From Candidatus Pacebacteria bacterium CG_4_9_14_0_2_um_filter_40_15 (GTDB taxonomy: Bacteria; Patescibacteriota; Microgenomatia; UBA1400; PJMF01): a stretch of 64,000 nt of DNA. Below, piece after piece: positions 55,426-64,000 of the stretch (positions are counted from its first letter, which is position 1; each line of letters starts with the position of its first letter). The notes under the pieces are model-generated. The model was not told the DNA's origin and did not search any database. It saw only the letters and a list, made by a program, of their open reading frames with translations. The DNA lies in contig PFRS01000007.1 of NCBI GenBank assembly GCA_002788675.1, positions 64,270 to 128,269 of the forward strand, given 5' to 3'. A program made the position numbers and the translations under genes.

Positions 55426-56726
55426 AATGGACCTCTTCTACACAAGAGTGTCTCGGCGTCATTTGGATTTTCCATCAGTTTTTCGACAGCGATTTCTAGG
55501 AACAGAGTGTTTTGTGAGGACTTAACTAAGAGAATATCACCAGATTTAAGGATTGATTCGATATACTTTGCTGCCTCTCTAGCCGTTGCAAACCACTGTA
55601 CTTGGATCTTCTTTTTTTCAAGATACGGAAGGGCATATTTCTTCATTTGAGGACCAACGAGTACAACAATATCACACTCTTTTGCTGCAGTCTGCGCTAC
55701 AAGTGTGTGCTCTGATTCTGTCATGCTGCCAATTTCTCTGATGTCACCGAGGAGTGCTATGGATCTTTTACCTCCTAGTTTAGGTATCATTTCAAGCATC
55801 TCTGTGGTTGGTTTTGTTGAAGAGTTGTAGCTGCTATCAAGTATAGTTGTGCCGTGTTTGCCGGCAATCAGTGTTGATCTTCCTGGTTCAACGGTAAAGT
55901 GTGTCTCGATATTTTTAATTGCTTTTTCAATTGGAATAGCTAACTGGATCGCTGTTGCTAGTGTTGCCGCAAAGCTATACGCATAGTGGTGAGCAAGCGC
56001 ATATCCTTTGATGGTAAGCGTGTATGATTTTTCATTCACCAAGAAAGTAAAAATTGTGTTAGAAAGTGATGGTTTTGAATTGATAATACGCACTTTGGCA
56101 TTGCTATTCTCACCAAAGGAAATGAGTGAGGCCTGAATGTTAGGCAGCAATTCTTTGAGCTCAGTTTGATCAATGTTCACTATAGCAGTGGCTGATTTCG
56201 GCAGTGTTGTTACTATTTTACCTTTTTCTTCAGCAATTACCTTAATCAGTTGCTTACGTCGTTCTGTAGATTTTTTCTGTGTAACTAAAAAGTCGAATGT
56301 TTCAGAGTGCATAGGAGCTGCATTGAGCATAATGCCAATGTTAGGAGTAAGGATTGAAAGCAGATAGCTCATATTTTTAGGAGGTAGTGGGCTATCAATG
56401 CCCATTTCAGCGATAAGGACATCATATTTCTTCCAGTTAGTCAGTAACTTCCAAAAAGTTTCTATGCCAATTCTGAACCAATCCTGTAGTGAAAAGTTTT
56501 TGGGTCTGATTCCTAAAATGGAGAGTGGTAGCCCAGTCTCAGAGTTTGCGTTATACGTATACTGAAGTGTAAATTCGGGAAGTAACGCAGCAACAATAGC
56601 ATGCTGTGTTGTTGTTTTCCCCGCACTACCTGTCAGACCTACAATCAGCGGATTATTTTTGAGTAACTGGAGTTTGGCTGCGAGACGAATATAGTTTAAA
56701 AAGAACCCAATTATATGCTTTTTCAT
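55398..56726 (-). CDS. Mur ligase family protein (MurF-like) with a short N-terminal domain
   Basis: P-loop GLTGSAGKTTT at about residue 30 and a YNANSETGLPLSILG motif resembling the MurF NxNNxIGxP motif. 442 aa. Confidence 0.5.
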   Translation of the reverse strand: MKKHIIGFFLNYIRLAAKLQLLKNNPLIVGLTGSAGKTTTQHAIVAALLPEFTLQYTYNANSETGLPLSILGIRPKNFSLQDWFRIGIETFWKLLTNWKKYDVLIAEMGIDSPLPPKNMSYLLSILTPNIGIMLNAAPMHSETFDFLVTQKKSTERRKQLIKVIAEEKGKIVTTLPKSATAIVNIDQTELKELLPNIQASLISFGENSNAKVRIINSKPSLSNTIFTFLVNEKSYTLTIKGYALAHHYAYSFAATLATAIQLAIPIEKAIKNIETHFTVEPGRSTLIAGKHGTTILDSSYNSSTKPTTEMLEMIPKLGGKRSIALLGDIREIGSMTESEHTLVAQTAAKECDIVVLVGPQMKKYALPYLEKKKIQVQWFATAREAAKYIESILKSGDILLVKSSQNTLFLEIAVEKLMENPNDAETLLCRRGPFWNQKRAQV

Positions 56727-57271
56727 GATTGTCCAACTTTCAGGAAATCATAACTATGAAGTGGTTTCCCAATTAAAGATTGCAGATACTCTGTAATTGT
56801 TTCATGAGGTGAAAGTGTGGGGTTTTGAAACCCAAGCTTGGTAATCAACTCGGCCAGTTGTCGCCGGACTATTTCTGCTGATGCCTGGTTGTAGACAATC
56901 TGATTTCGAAGCTTAATTGCTCTCATAAAAACTGAGTGGTCAATTTCTTCCTCAACAAATAGTGTATCAATAATTTCAAGTATTTGAGAAAGTGCTCTGA
57001 AAGCAGATAGGTTTTGAGTCATTTTGCTTGTGTCATCCACTAGCGTAGTTTGGGTGAGAATTGGCAGAGATTTAGTAACAATGCAGTGAGCTGTAATCAG
57101 GGAACCGGGCTCCAAGTAGGCGCGATTACTTGATTTTAATTTACGAACTCCTTTTGCCACACAGGCAAATCTACCTTGTTCCTGAGAAAGTAATGTTACA
57201 ATTCGGTCAGTCTCACCAACGTTGGTTCTTCGTAATACCAAACACTTTTGGGTGAAACTTTTTGTTTGCAT
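56723..57271 (-). CDS. recO: DNA repair protein RecO (short form)
   Basis: N-terminal OB-fold region CLVLRRTNVGETDRIVTLLSQEQGRF...KGVRK. 182 aa. Confidence 0.6.
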   Translation of the reverse strand: MQTKSFTQKCLVLRRTNVGETDRIVTLLSQEQGRFACVAKGVRKLKSSNRAYLEPGSLITAHCIVTKSLPILTQTTLVDDTSKMTQNLSAFRALSQILEIIDTLFVEEEIDHSVFMRAIKLRNQIVYNQASAEIVRRQLAELITKLGFQNPTLSPHETITEYLQSLIGKPLHSYDFLKVGQS

Positions 57272-57279
57272 ATGGCTGT

Positions 57280-59370
57280 CTAGAATGGAGTGGTATAGGT
57301 TAGATCCGAGGAGACAGTCATCTCTTCCTGGCCACCCGTGACATCAAACAAGACATCAAAGGTTTCGAGTCCACCCTGTTTCCAGATCTTTCCTACATAT
57401 TCAGTCTCGTTTTCGTATGGAACAGTGTATGTAAAGCTTAGTTTTGCAGAACCAAGTGGTTCTAGGATAAAGAATCCATCAATAACAGTAAAACCGTTTT
57501 CGTTGTACACACGTGCCTCTTCATTAAATCCTGAGGAACTGAGTAGCTCAGCGCCTTCTGGTATATAGAGACGAGTCCAGTCTCGCAGCGTTGAGTTAAG
57601 ACAGAGTAAGCCTGCTTCAAGATTACAGTTATCAGCGCGACGTGAATTCTTATAAGTGATTTCTACTGTTTTTTCAATTCTTCCGTCTACAGGTTCAGAA
57701 ACTATTTGTTCAACGCTATAGGTAACAAAGAGGTTAGATTTTGCTCCACCTAAGTTAGCATTAACAATACCGATAAAGTCTTCGCCATTTTCTGGTGGAG
57801 TCATTCTCCCTGCTGCCTGAGCAAGTTCTGCTGCTGCTTGATGATCTGGGTCCATAAAGTACATTTGCACATTTCTACCTTGAATCGCAGCGAAACCTTG
57901 TCCAAAAAGTTCTGGCCACTGCTGTTTAGGTGCCGCATATGCTTTACTGAGAAGTGCCCGCATAAGTGGGCCTAAGATTCCTTTACGATCATCTCTGAGG
58001 TATGGAGTTGGTTTAGTGATAATTTCTGAAAGGACATAAATAATTTCAGGGCAATCACAGCGTGGGTCATTTTCAGCTGAGAAAGTGCCGTAGCCGGGTA
58101 CTTCGGTTGGTCCAAGAACTTTCATTAGATTTGTTAGGAAATGTGTATCTACAGCAATTATGCCATCAATTTCACTTGGTTCACCTTTAATATCTTTGTA
58201 ATTTCCGTAGAATTTGTCCATGGATACTTTAAAGTCAGGAGAAATATTCATGTCTCTTAAGTTCCAGTATTTTTCAGTGGTGAGGTATCTACCGAGTTCT
58301 GGTGGGATTAACTCAGTCTTTTTAAATTTCTGATCGAGCTCATAGATGTCATCCGATTTTTCTGCCTCAACCTTTCCATCAGTCACGTTAATAATGGCAT
58401 AAGCAGTTAAGAATCCACCGGTTGCTCTGAGTTCATTGTCATTTTGGAATAAAACTAAGTATTTTTTTGTTTCACCGTTGGCGCCAGCTATTGAAGGGAG
58501 CTGTTCGATAACAGGTCTAAACTCGGTCAAAGAGGTACTAGCTCCTGCAACCAACTCTTGTCCTTGAATAATATTCGCACGAACTACCGTGTCGCCAATA
58601 GTTTCTGGATAATGTGTAGGGTCAATTTGATTGAGCTCAGCTTCTACAATTTGCAAGTCCTCAGAAATAGCATCAAGCTCAGGTGAAATTTTTTCGAGTG
58701 TTTCTAAGAGTATTTTTACACGATCTTCAGTTGTTCCACCTTGAAAGGGTTCATCTCCACTAAATCCAAGTACGTCAGCATATGGGCTCACAGCGTTGAG
58801 TGTTTTGGTTGCTGCATTAAGTCCAGCATCTGCTGCAGCAAGACCATGTATACCATCTGTGTAGTAGGTATTAGCAAAAGGTATGTATTTTAGAAATGCC
58901 AATTTTGAATAGGTACCTGTAATCTTTTCGAGATTAGTGTCAATTTCTGCAACTTTTTCTTGAGTAGCAGGTAAATTTTGTGTCTTAAAAAGAGCATATG
59001 CTTCTCTACCTATAGCAGCTGTTTCTGAAGCCTGAACTTTCAGTTCTTTACTCACCGAGTATGCGTATACACCAAGTGTTGCAAAAACACTGATTAGAAC
59101 TAACAAAATGCTACCTATTCCAAGAAAAGTTTTTTGTTTTTTGCTGAGATTGGAGAACGAAAAATGAGAAGAAGACATAGTTTTTGATGAGTCGATTTCC
59201 GATTCTGGCATAGTATCTTTTCTCTCTGAGAATGACCTGAGGACTTTCTGTTTAGCTTTTTCTGACTCGGGTTCAGCTGTTTCAGGGAAATCAGGAGAGT
59301 TTGGATCGACAAAATCTGTATCTGGGGCAGTGAGGTTTTTTTCGGACATAGTGTAAGTATACCAAATCAA
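57280..59370 (-). CDS. Large hypothetical membrane-anchored extracytoplasmic protein (696 aa) in a polysaccharide biosynthesis locus
   Basis: Acidic, disordered N-terminus, single TM (FLGIGSILLVLISVFATLGVYAY), large C-terminal domain. No family confidently recognised. Confidence 0.4.
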   Translation of the reverse strand: MIWYTYTMSEKNLTAPDTDFVDPNSPDFPETAEPESEKAKQKVLRSFSERKDTMPESEIDSSKTMSSSHFSFSNLSKKQKTFLGIGSILLVLISVFATLGVYAYSVSKELKVQASETAAIGREAYALFKTQNLPATQEKVAEIDTNLEKITGTYSKLAFLKYIPFANTYYTDGIHGLAAADAGLNAATKTLNAVSPYADVLGFSGDEPFQGGTTEDRVKILLETLEKISPELDAISEDLQIVEAELNQIDPTHYPETIGDTVVRANIIQGQELVAGASTSLTEFRPVIEQLPSIAGANGETKKYLVLFQNDNELRATGGFLTAYAIINVTDGKVEAEKSDDIYELDQKFKKTELIPPELGRYLTTEKYWNLRDMNISPDFKVSMDKFYGNYKDIKGEPSEIDGIIAVDTHFLTNLMKVLGPTEVPGYGTFSAENDPRCDCPEIIYVLSEIITKPTPYLRDDRKGILGPLMRALLSKAYAAPKQQWPELFGQGFAAIQGRNVQMYFMDPDHQAAAELAQAAGRMTPPENGEDFIGIVNANLGGAKSNLFVTYSVEQIVSEPVDGRIEKTVEITYKNSRRADNCNLEAGLLCLNSTLRDWTRLYIPEGAELLSSSGFNEEARVYNENGFTVIDGFFILEPLGSAKLSFTYTVPYENETEYVGKIWKQGGLETFDVLFDVTGGQEEMTVSSDLTYTTPF

Positions 59371-59377
59371 AAAATAA

Positions 59378-59998
59378 TTACCATTTTGAGATCATGGCTT
59401 TTGGTGTTTTAAAGAGAATTCCAATGTCTTCTATGATTGATTGACGTTGAGCATACTCTGCATCCATTTTTGCTCGGACTGTAAAGGGTACTTCATTTCT
59501 CCCGCTTGTTTGCCATGGGCCAGTAATACCCGGTTTTACAGAAAGAATTAGAGATTTGAATTCTTTAGTCTCGGGGTATTTTTCAGTTTGCTCATCAAGT
59601 TCTTTTTTAACATACGCTCGAGGACCGACCATACTCATATCGCCAGTGATGACATTGAGTAACTGAGGAAATTCATCAATGGTTAGTGATCTAAGGACTT
59701 TACCCAACTTAGTAATGCGTGGATCGTTCTCAATTTTCCAATCACCTGCTTTAAACTTCTTGAGGAGTTTTTTATTCTTTTTATGCAAGATTTCATCTGC
59801 ATTGGGAATCATTGAGCGAAATTTATATATATAGAAATCATTTCCTCCAATTCCGACGCGTTTGTGTTTAAAGAAAATAGGAAATCCTGAATCTAGATAG
59901 ATGAGAATTGGAACTATAATCCAGACAGGTAAAAACATCACCATAAGTCCAATAGACACAAGAATATCAAGAATGCGTTTTTGTTGTTGGTAACTCAT
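59378..59998 (-). CDS. Polyprenyl-phosphate sugar phosphotransferase (bacterial sugar transferase, WbaP/PglC C-terminal domain type)
   Basis: MSMVGPRAYV and PGITGPWQTSGRNE motifs. One N-terminal TM. Confidence 0.8.
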   Translation of the reverse strand: MSYQQQKRILDILVSIGLMVMFLPVWIIVPILIYLDSGFPIFFKHKRVGIGGNDFYIYKFRSMIPNADEILHKKNKKLLKKFKAGDWKIENDPRITKLGKVLRSLTIDEFPQLLNVITGDMSMVGPRAYVKKELDEQTEKYPETKEFKSLILSVKPGITGPWQTSGRNEVPFTVRAKMDAEYAQRQSIIEDIGILFKTPKAMISKW

Positions 59999-60081
59999 AA
60001 CTTGTAGCTTACTATATAAGTGATTAGAACAGCAATTCTAACATGCCCAGTCAAAGTGTGCATGTAGGCATTGAGTCTGGA

Positions 60082-61185
60082 CTATAAATATTCGTCTTTC
60101 TTTTCTTCTTTCAGTCGCTCGACAATTTTCTTTACATCTTGAGATTGACTCTTTGGAATAATCATTAAGATTTCTTCTGTATCAATAACTACCATATCTT
60201 CTATTCCTACCATGGCAATTAATCGACCATTTGCGTGAATAAGATTGTTGTGTGATGCGATTGCAAGTGTGTGGTTTTCGGGATGATCAGAAATAATAAC
60301 ATTTCCTGAAAGATCCTTTTTTTCGAGATCATAGACAACTTTCCAATCACCTACATCATCCCAGCCAAAGTCGCCAGGAATAAGCACTAAATTATCAGCT
60401 TTTTCACTAATTGCATAATCGACAGATATTGCATCCGCATGTTCGTAGATTTCAGGAAGGGCTTTGTGGACTGCATCTGAATCAAGTGACTCTAAGTGTT
60501 TAGTTTGTTCATACAAGTCTGGCATGTGTGTTCTAAATGCCACAGAGAGTGCCTCTGAAGACCAGACATACATGTTTGCGTTCCAAAAGTACTTTCCTGT
60601 CGCAATAAATCCTCTGGCAGTTGCTTCATTTGGTTTTTCTGTGAAACTTTCAACTTTGAAGAGAGACAGTCCTTTTGCTAGTTTTTCAATATCATGACTA
60701 ATTTTAATATAACCAAATCCTGTTGATGGACGAGTTGGTGAAATACCGACTGTAACCAAATCCGTTTTACGGTATGCCACTTGTGCAGCTGCATTCATAA
60801 CTCGAAGAAATTCAGCTTTATTAGTAACTATATGATCTGATGCCATATTGATAATTACTGCGTCTGGATCTTTTGATTTTGCAAAAAGTGAACCAACTAA
60901 CATCGCGAGTGCAGTGTCACGTTTCGCAGGTTCAGCAATAATGTTTTGAACTGGTACTTCAGGAAGTAATTGGTGTACCTCATCCTTGTAGAGTGCATTG
61001 GTAACTACAATTACGCGATCCCATGGAACTAAGGAAGTGATTCGATTTGCAGCAATCTGAATCATAGTTTCATCACCAACTAGTTTAAGGAACTGCTTTG
61101 GCGTTTGCTTTCTTGATTTTGGCCATAATCGGGTGCCACCACCGCCGGCTAGAATAACTGCATAGGTGTGATCTAAATGTGACAT
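60082..61185 (-). CDS. manC: Mannose-1-phosphate guanylyltransferase
   Basis: AVILAGGGGTRLWP signature. 367 aa. Confidence 0.8.
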   Translation of the reverse strand: MSHLDHTYAVILAGGGGTRLWPKSRKQTPKQFLKLVGDETMIQIAANRITSLVPWDRVIVVTNALYKDEVHQLLPEVPVQNIIAEPAKRDTALAMLVGSLFAKSKDPDAVIINMASDHIVTNKAEFLRVMNAAAQVAYRKTDLVTVGISPTRPSTGFGYIKISHDIEKLAKGLSLFKVESFTEKPNEATARGFIATGKYFWNANMYVWSSEALSVAFRTHMPDLYEQTKHLESLDSDAVHKALPEIYEHADAISVDYAISEKADNLVLIPGDFGWDDVGDWKVVYDLEKKDLSGNVIISDHPENHTLAIASHNNLIHANGRLIAMVGIEDMVVIDTEEILMIIPKSQSQDVKKIVERLKEEKKDEYL

Positions 61186-61216
61186 AAGCGCCTTTCAATC
61201 TGTATTACCAAAAATA

Positions 61217-62413
61217 TCAGTTTTTTTCTGATTGTATGATACCATCATACACATTTTCCTTAAATTTTCTAGTGAATACATTAGTACTACACGTGTTCGC
61301 CTGTTTTTGCAGCGAAGCTATAGAGAATGATGTATGGGCTAGTTGCTCAATTCCTTCGGCAAGTGCGGAAACTGATTCTTCTGAAATGTGGATACTAGCT
61401 GTGTTGTGTGTCAAAATTTCACTCACACCGCTTTTAGCATGAAGTATGGAGGGAGTGCCAAGGTTTGCAGCTTCTAGAGCGGTGATTCCAAAATCTTCTA
61501 TACCAGGCATAAGAAGTGCTTCTGCTGAAGCAAGTAATGCGAGTCTTTCTTCATTTGAGACAGTACCCACAAAAATAATTTTTCCTGGTTGCTCAGTTTC
61601 TTTACTGATAAAAGCAGCAAGATCTTCATTTGTTCTTGTCACTGTATGTTGTCCAGCTAATATTTGGAGTCGTGAAAATTCTTCTCCATTTCCAGCAACA
61701 ACGAGTGACTTGTTTGTTTTAAGTGCTGCAAGAATTGCCAAGTCAATGCGTTTATAGGATACGAGTCGTGACAGAGTAAGTAAAAATGAATTGTTTGATG
61801 AAATTTTTGAGACTGCAACTCCCTTGGGAACTTCAGGAAGAGGTGGATAAATGATACTGCTGCTTAGTGAATAAATATCATATATTCTTTTTTGAACAAC
61901 TTTTGAGATTGCGATCAACACATCTGGCCGATGTGCAGCTGCTTGGTCCCACCATCTCAGATAAGAAAGGAGTACGTGTGTAATTTGTGAAATAATAGGC
62001 AAACGAAGAAAGGAAAATTGATTCAAATATTGTTCGACATGAGTATATAAATATCTTGGTGGAGTGAGTATATATGAGATATGCAGTTGGTTAGGTTTAG
62101 TGAGCACGCCTTTTGCTTCCCCACTTGTTACGGAAATAATGATGTCATAGTCTGATAAATCGAGTGATTCAAAAGCCAGAGGAAAAAGCCACACCAAGAA
62201 AGTATGCTTCTTAAGAGGAGATCGTTGTAGAAAACTAGAGAAAACAGTGAATACAGACGCCCACCTGGCTTGTTTTGCATCGTAGAGCGCTGTAAACAAT
62301 GGAGCTGTAGGAAATGCATTGTGTAAGGCAACAAGAACCCATTCTGCTCCTCCATATTGAGTATTTACCTTGTCGTAGACAATAGCTATTTTGGGATTAT
62401 TTTTCTGTTTCAT
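61217..62413 (-). CDS. GT4-family glycosyltransferase
   Basis: C-terminal E-x7-E region GIEDFGITALEAANLGTPSI. Confidence 0.75.
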   Translation of the reverse strand: MKQKNNPKIAIVYDKVNTQYGGAEWVLVALHNAFPTAPLFTALYDAKQARWASVFTVFSSFLQRSPLKKHTFLVWLFPLAFESLDLSDYDIIISVTSGEAKGVLTKPNQLHISYILTPPRYLYTHVEQYLNQFSFLRLPIISQITHVLLSYLRWWDQAAAHRPDVLIAISKVVQKRIYDIYSLSSSIIYPPLPEVPKGVAVSKISSNNSFLLTLSRLVSYKRIDLAILAALKTNKSLVVAGNGEEFSRLQILAGQHTVTRTNEDLAAFISKETEQPGKIIFVGTVSNEERLALLASAEALLMPGIEDFGITALEAANLGTPSILHAKSGVSEILTHNTASIHISEESVSALAEGIEQLAHTSFSIASLQKQANTCSTNVFTRKFKENVYDGIIQSEKN

Positions 62414-63503
62414 GGATCGATGTGTATGTTTTGTATGTCATCGCAGCCATTTTCTTCCAAGAGAATTCATTCACTATAGCGTTTGCTCGTCGAATAAATG
62501 ACTGTGTTGATTGTTTAGACAGGTTAGTATATGCCTTCATGAAACTCTCAACAGAATGTGGGTCAAAATAGAGTGCAGCATTTTCATAAATTTCATGAAA
62601 TATGGGAATATCAGAAGCTAACACAGGTGTTTGGAGGCCCAGTGCTTCAAGACCCGTTAAGCCAAATCCTTCAGAGAGTGATGGTTGAACAAGAGCGGTT
62701 GATTCCAAGTATAATTTCTGAAGTTCAGTGTCAGTTACGTACCCTTTAAACGATACTCTATTTTGGAGGTTTCTATCTTTAACATACGATTCGACTTTCT
62801 TTTGAAATACATTGCGAGCTCCAACTATAACTAATTGGAGTTTGGGCATTTTTTTTAGAGCATCTATTACGAGTTGAATGTTTTTATGTGGATAGAGTGA
62901 ACCCACATATAAAAGCTGATTAGCTTTTCTTTTTGGAAATGAACTGGGAGTATGTAGCTGAGTGCCCTCTTTGGTGATGACAATCTTCTTTTCTGTGTGA
63001 GGGTAGTGTTTGATTACCGTTGTTGCAACAGTTTGTGATGGCACAAAAATGGCTTTTGATCGAGAAACGGCAGAACCTGTGACCAGATGGTAAAACAAGT
63101 ATTTAATCCAATAGACAAAGGGATGCAGTGTAGTTACACCACTTCCTCTTTTTTCATGCCACAGAAGATCATGAATGGTTACGACTAATGGCTTTAAGTA
63201 AAATAAACTGATATTAAAATGGGGAACGTGGAGTAGGTCCAGATTTTCTTTGTAGAAGTACAAAGGAAGAAAAATTTGTTCAGGAAGCGAATAATGTTTA
63301 ATTGGCGTGAGTACTATTTTGTAGTTAGAAATTGTTTTTTTAGGTATAACTTCTTCTGCCTGTGTTGTATCTGTAAAAAAAAGAATAAATTCGGAACTCT
63401 CATTTTTTGAACTGGTTAGGAGTTCCTTCACCAAGTTCTCAGTGTACCTACCTAGGCCAGCATGTTTTTTTCCTGAGAGTCTGCAATCAATTCCAATACG
63501 CAT
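62397..63503 (-). CDS. GT4-family glycosyltransferase
   Basis: MRIGIDCRLSGKKHAGLGRY N-terminus and SLSEGFGLTGLEALGLQTPVLASD C-terminal motif. Start chosen at the internal Met. The ORF track begins at 63557, which would place the hairpin at 63527-63551 inside the coding region. Confidence 0.7.
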   Translation of the reverse strand: MRIGIDCRLSGKKHAGLGRYTENLVKELLTSSKNESSEFILFFTDTTQAEEVIPKKTISNYKIVLTPIKHYSLPEQIFLPLYFYKENLDLLHVPHFNISLFYLKPLVVTIHDLLWHEKRGSGVTTLHPFVYWIKYLFYHLVTGSAVSRSKAIFVPSQTVATTVIKHYPHTEKKIVITKEGTQLHTPSSFPKRKANQLLYVGSLYPHKNIQLVIDALKKMPKLQLVIVGARNVFQKKVESYVKDRNLQNRVSFKGYVTDTELQKLYLESTALVQPSLSEGFGLTGLEALGLQTPVLASDIPIFHEIYENAALYFDPHSVESFMKAYTNLSKQSTQSFIRRANAIVNEFSWKKMAAMTYKTYTSIHETEK

Positions 63504-63526
63504 ATGTTTTCCATGGTGTGCTAAAT

Positions 63527-63551
63527 GGGTCGGGCGCTTTGCGCCCGACCC
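63527..63551. other. Perfect 11-bp GC-rich hairpin GGGTCGGGCGC-ttt-GCGCCCGACCC without a U-tract
   Basis: Read directly. It lies between the Cys-rich membrane protein gene and the GT4 start and stands out in a roughly 40% GC background. Confidence 0.5.
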
Positions 63552-63589
63552 ATCCATTGTACTTTAAAAAGTCAGTAAATTACAGATTA

Positions 63590-64000
63590 TTATTTTGTTG
63601 ATTTTTTTGCAGATTTCTTAACAGAAGACTTTTTAGTACTCTTCTTAGGTTTTAATGCTTCTTCAACAATTGATTCAAGTTCTTTTAGTTCTGAATCAGA
63701 CAATTCTTCATCTGTATCGCAACAACCATTTCCGCAGCAACCACCAAGACTCATCTCTTGTTTGAGAACAGCAGCTTTTCTGTTGTTCATAATACTTGTG
63801 AAAACAACATACAAAAAGTAGATTGCAGAAATTGCAAAGGTTGCAATGGGAAGTAATTCCAGAATCTTTGGCTGCTCAGTAAGTGTAAGGAGTTCTTCTT
63901 GAGTGTACATGTACGTAATAATAAGTTGTGGTAAAAATGCGTTGGCAAAAATTGCAGCTGCAAATACCATGATTGACTGAACGCTGCGAGTGAGGTTCTG
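63590..64000 (-). CDS. Small membrane protein with CC-G-N-G-CC cysteine cluster and Lys/Ser-rich C-terminal tail. Possibly 5'-truncated by the window edge.
   Basis: Two TM helices followed by SLGGCCGNGCCDTDEE and a KKSTKKSSVKKSAKKSTK tail. The reading frame stays open upstream to position 64000. Confidence 0.4.
   Translation of the reverse strand, partial: QNLTRSVQSIMVFAAAIFANAFLPQLIITYMYTQEELLTLTEQPKILELLPIATFAISAIYFLYVVFTSIMNNRKAAVLKQEMSLGGCCGNGCCDTDEELSDSELKELESIVEEALKPKKSTKKSSVKKSAKKSTK

Noticed and set aside
1-64000. CRISPR arrays, rRNA genes, insertion sequences
   Set aside because: No periodic direct repeats, no rRNA-like conserved stretches and no transposase-like ORFs were seen on either strand.

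Overview
This looks like a compact, low-GC (about 40%) bacterial chromosome segment from a small-genome, Gram-positive-type lineage (Patescibacteria/CPR-like or Firmicutes-related). Almost every gene is on the minus strand. No CRISPR array, rRNA gene or transposase was seen.

From low to high coordinates the window contains:
- tRNA-Glu, an rplS/YraN pair, a SpoT-like HD hydrolase, pyrG and dnaE.
- The gatCAB operon, the htpX-lemA pair, and tRNA-Asp with its promoter and terminator.
- A compositionally anomalous orphan gene (about 60% GC at its 3' end) directly downstream of tRNA-Asp.
- A lipoprotein, an MFS transporter, a NUDIX/cupin pair and tRNA-Thr.
- A small polysaccharide operon (flippase, GT2, O-antigen-ligase-like), lepB, an orphan parB, and rpmA / THUMP-methyltransferase / rplU.
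- rodA and ileS preceded by an Ile-specific T-box leader.
- An unusually composed division/cell-wall cluster: mraZ-rsmH-ftsL-ftsI-murE-like-yvcK-like-murC-murB-murA-mraY-ftsW-murG-ftsQ-like-ftsA-ftsZ.
- glyS preceded by a Gly T-box leader, a second Mur ligase, recO, and a polysaccharide locus (sugar phosphotransferase, manC, two GT4 genes).

The most striking feature sits immediately upstream of mraZ. It is a 1732-aa alpha-2-macroglobulin homologue with a CVEQ thioester motif, and it carries a roughly 129-aa Hint / bacterial-intein-like domain inserted about 220 residues upstream of the thioester, which is the position of the protease-bait region in characterized bacterial A2Ms. Its +1 residue is Gln, so it cannot splice canonically. 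The A2M gene is translationally coupled to a membrane-anchored MEMO1-family protein and preceded by a membrane-anchored protein of unknown function. I interpret this as a candidate self-cleaving, self-activating A2M envelope module that has not been described.
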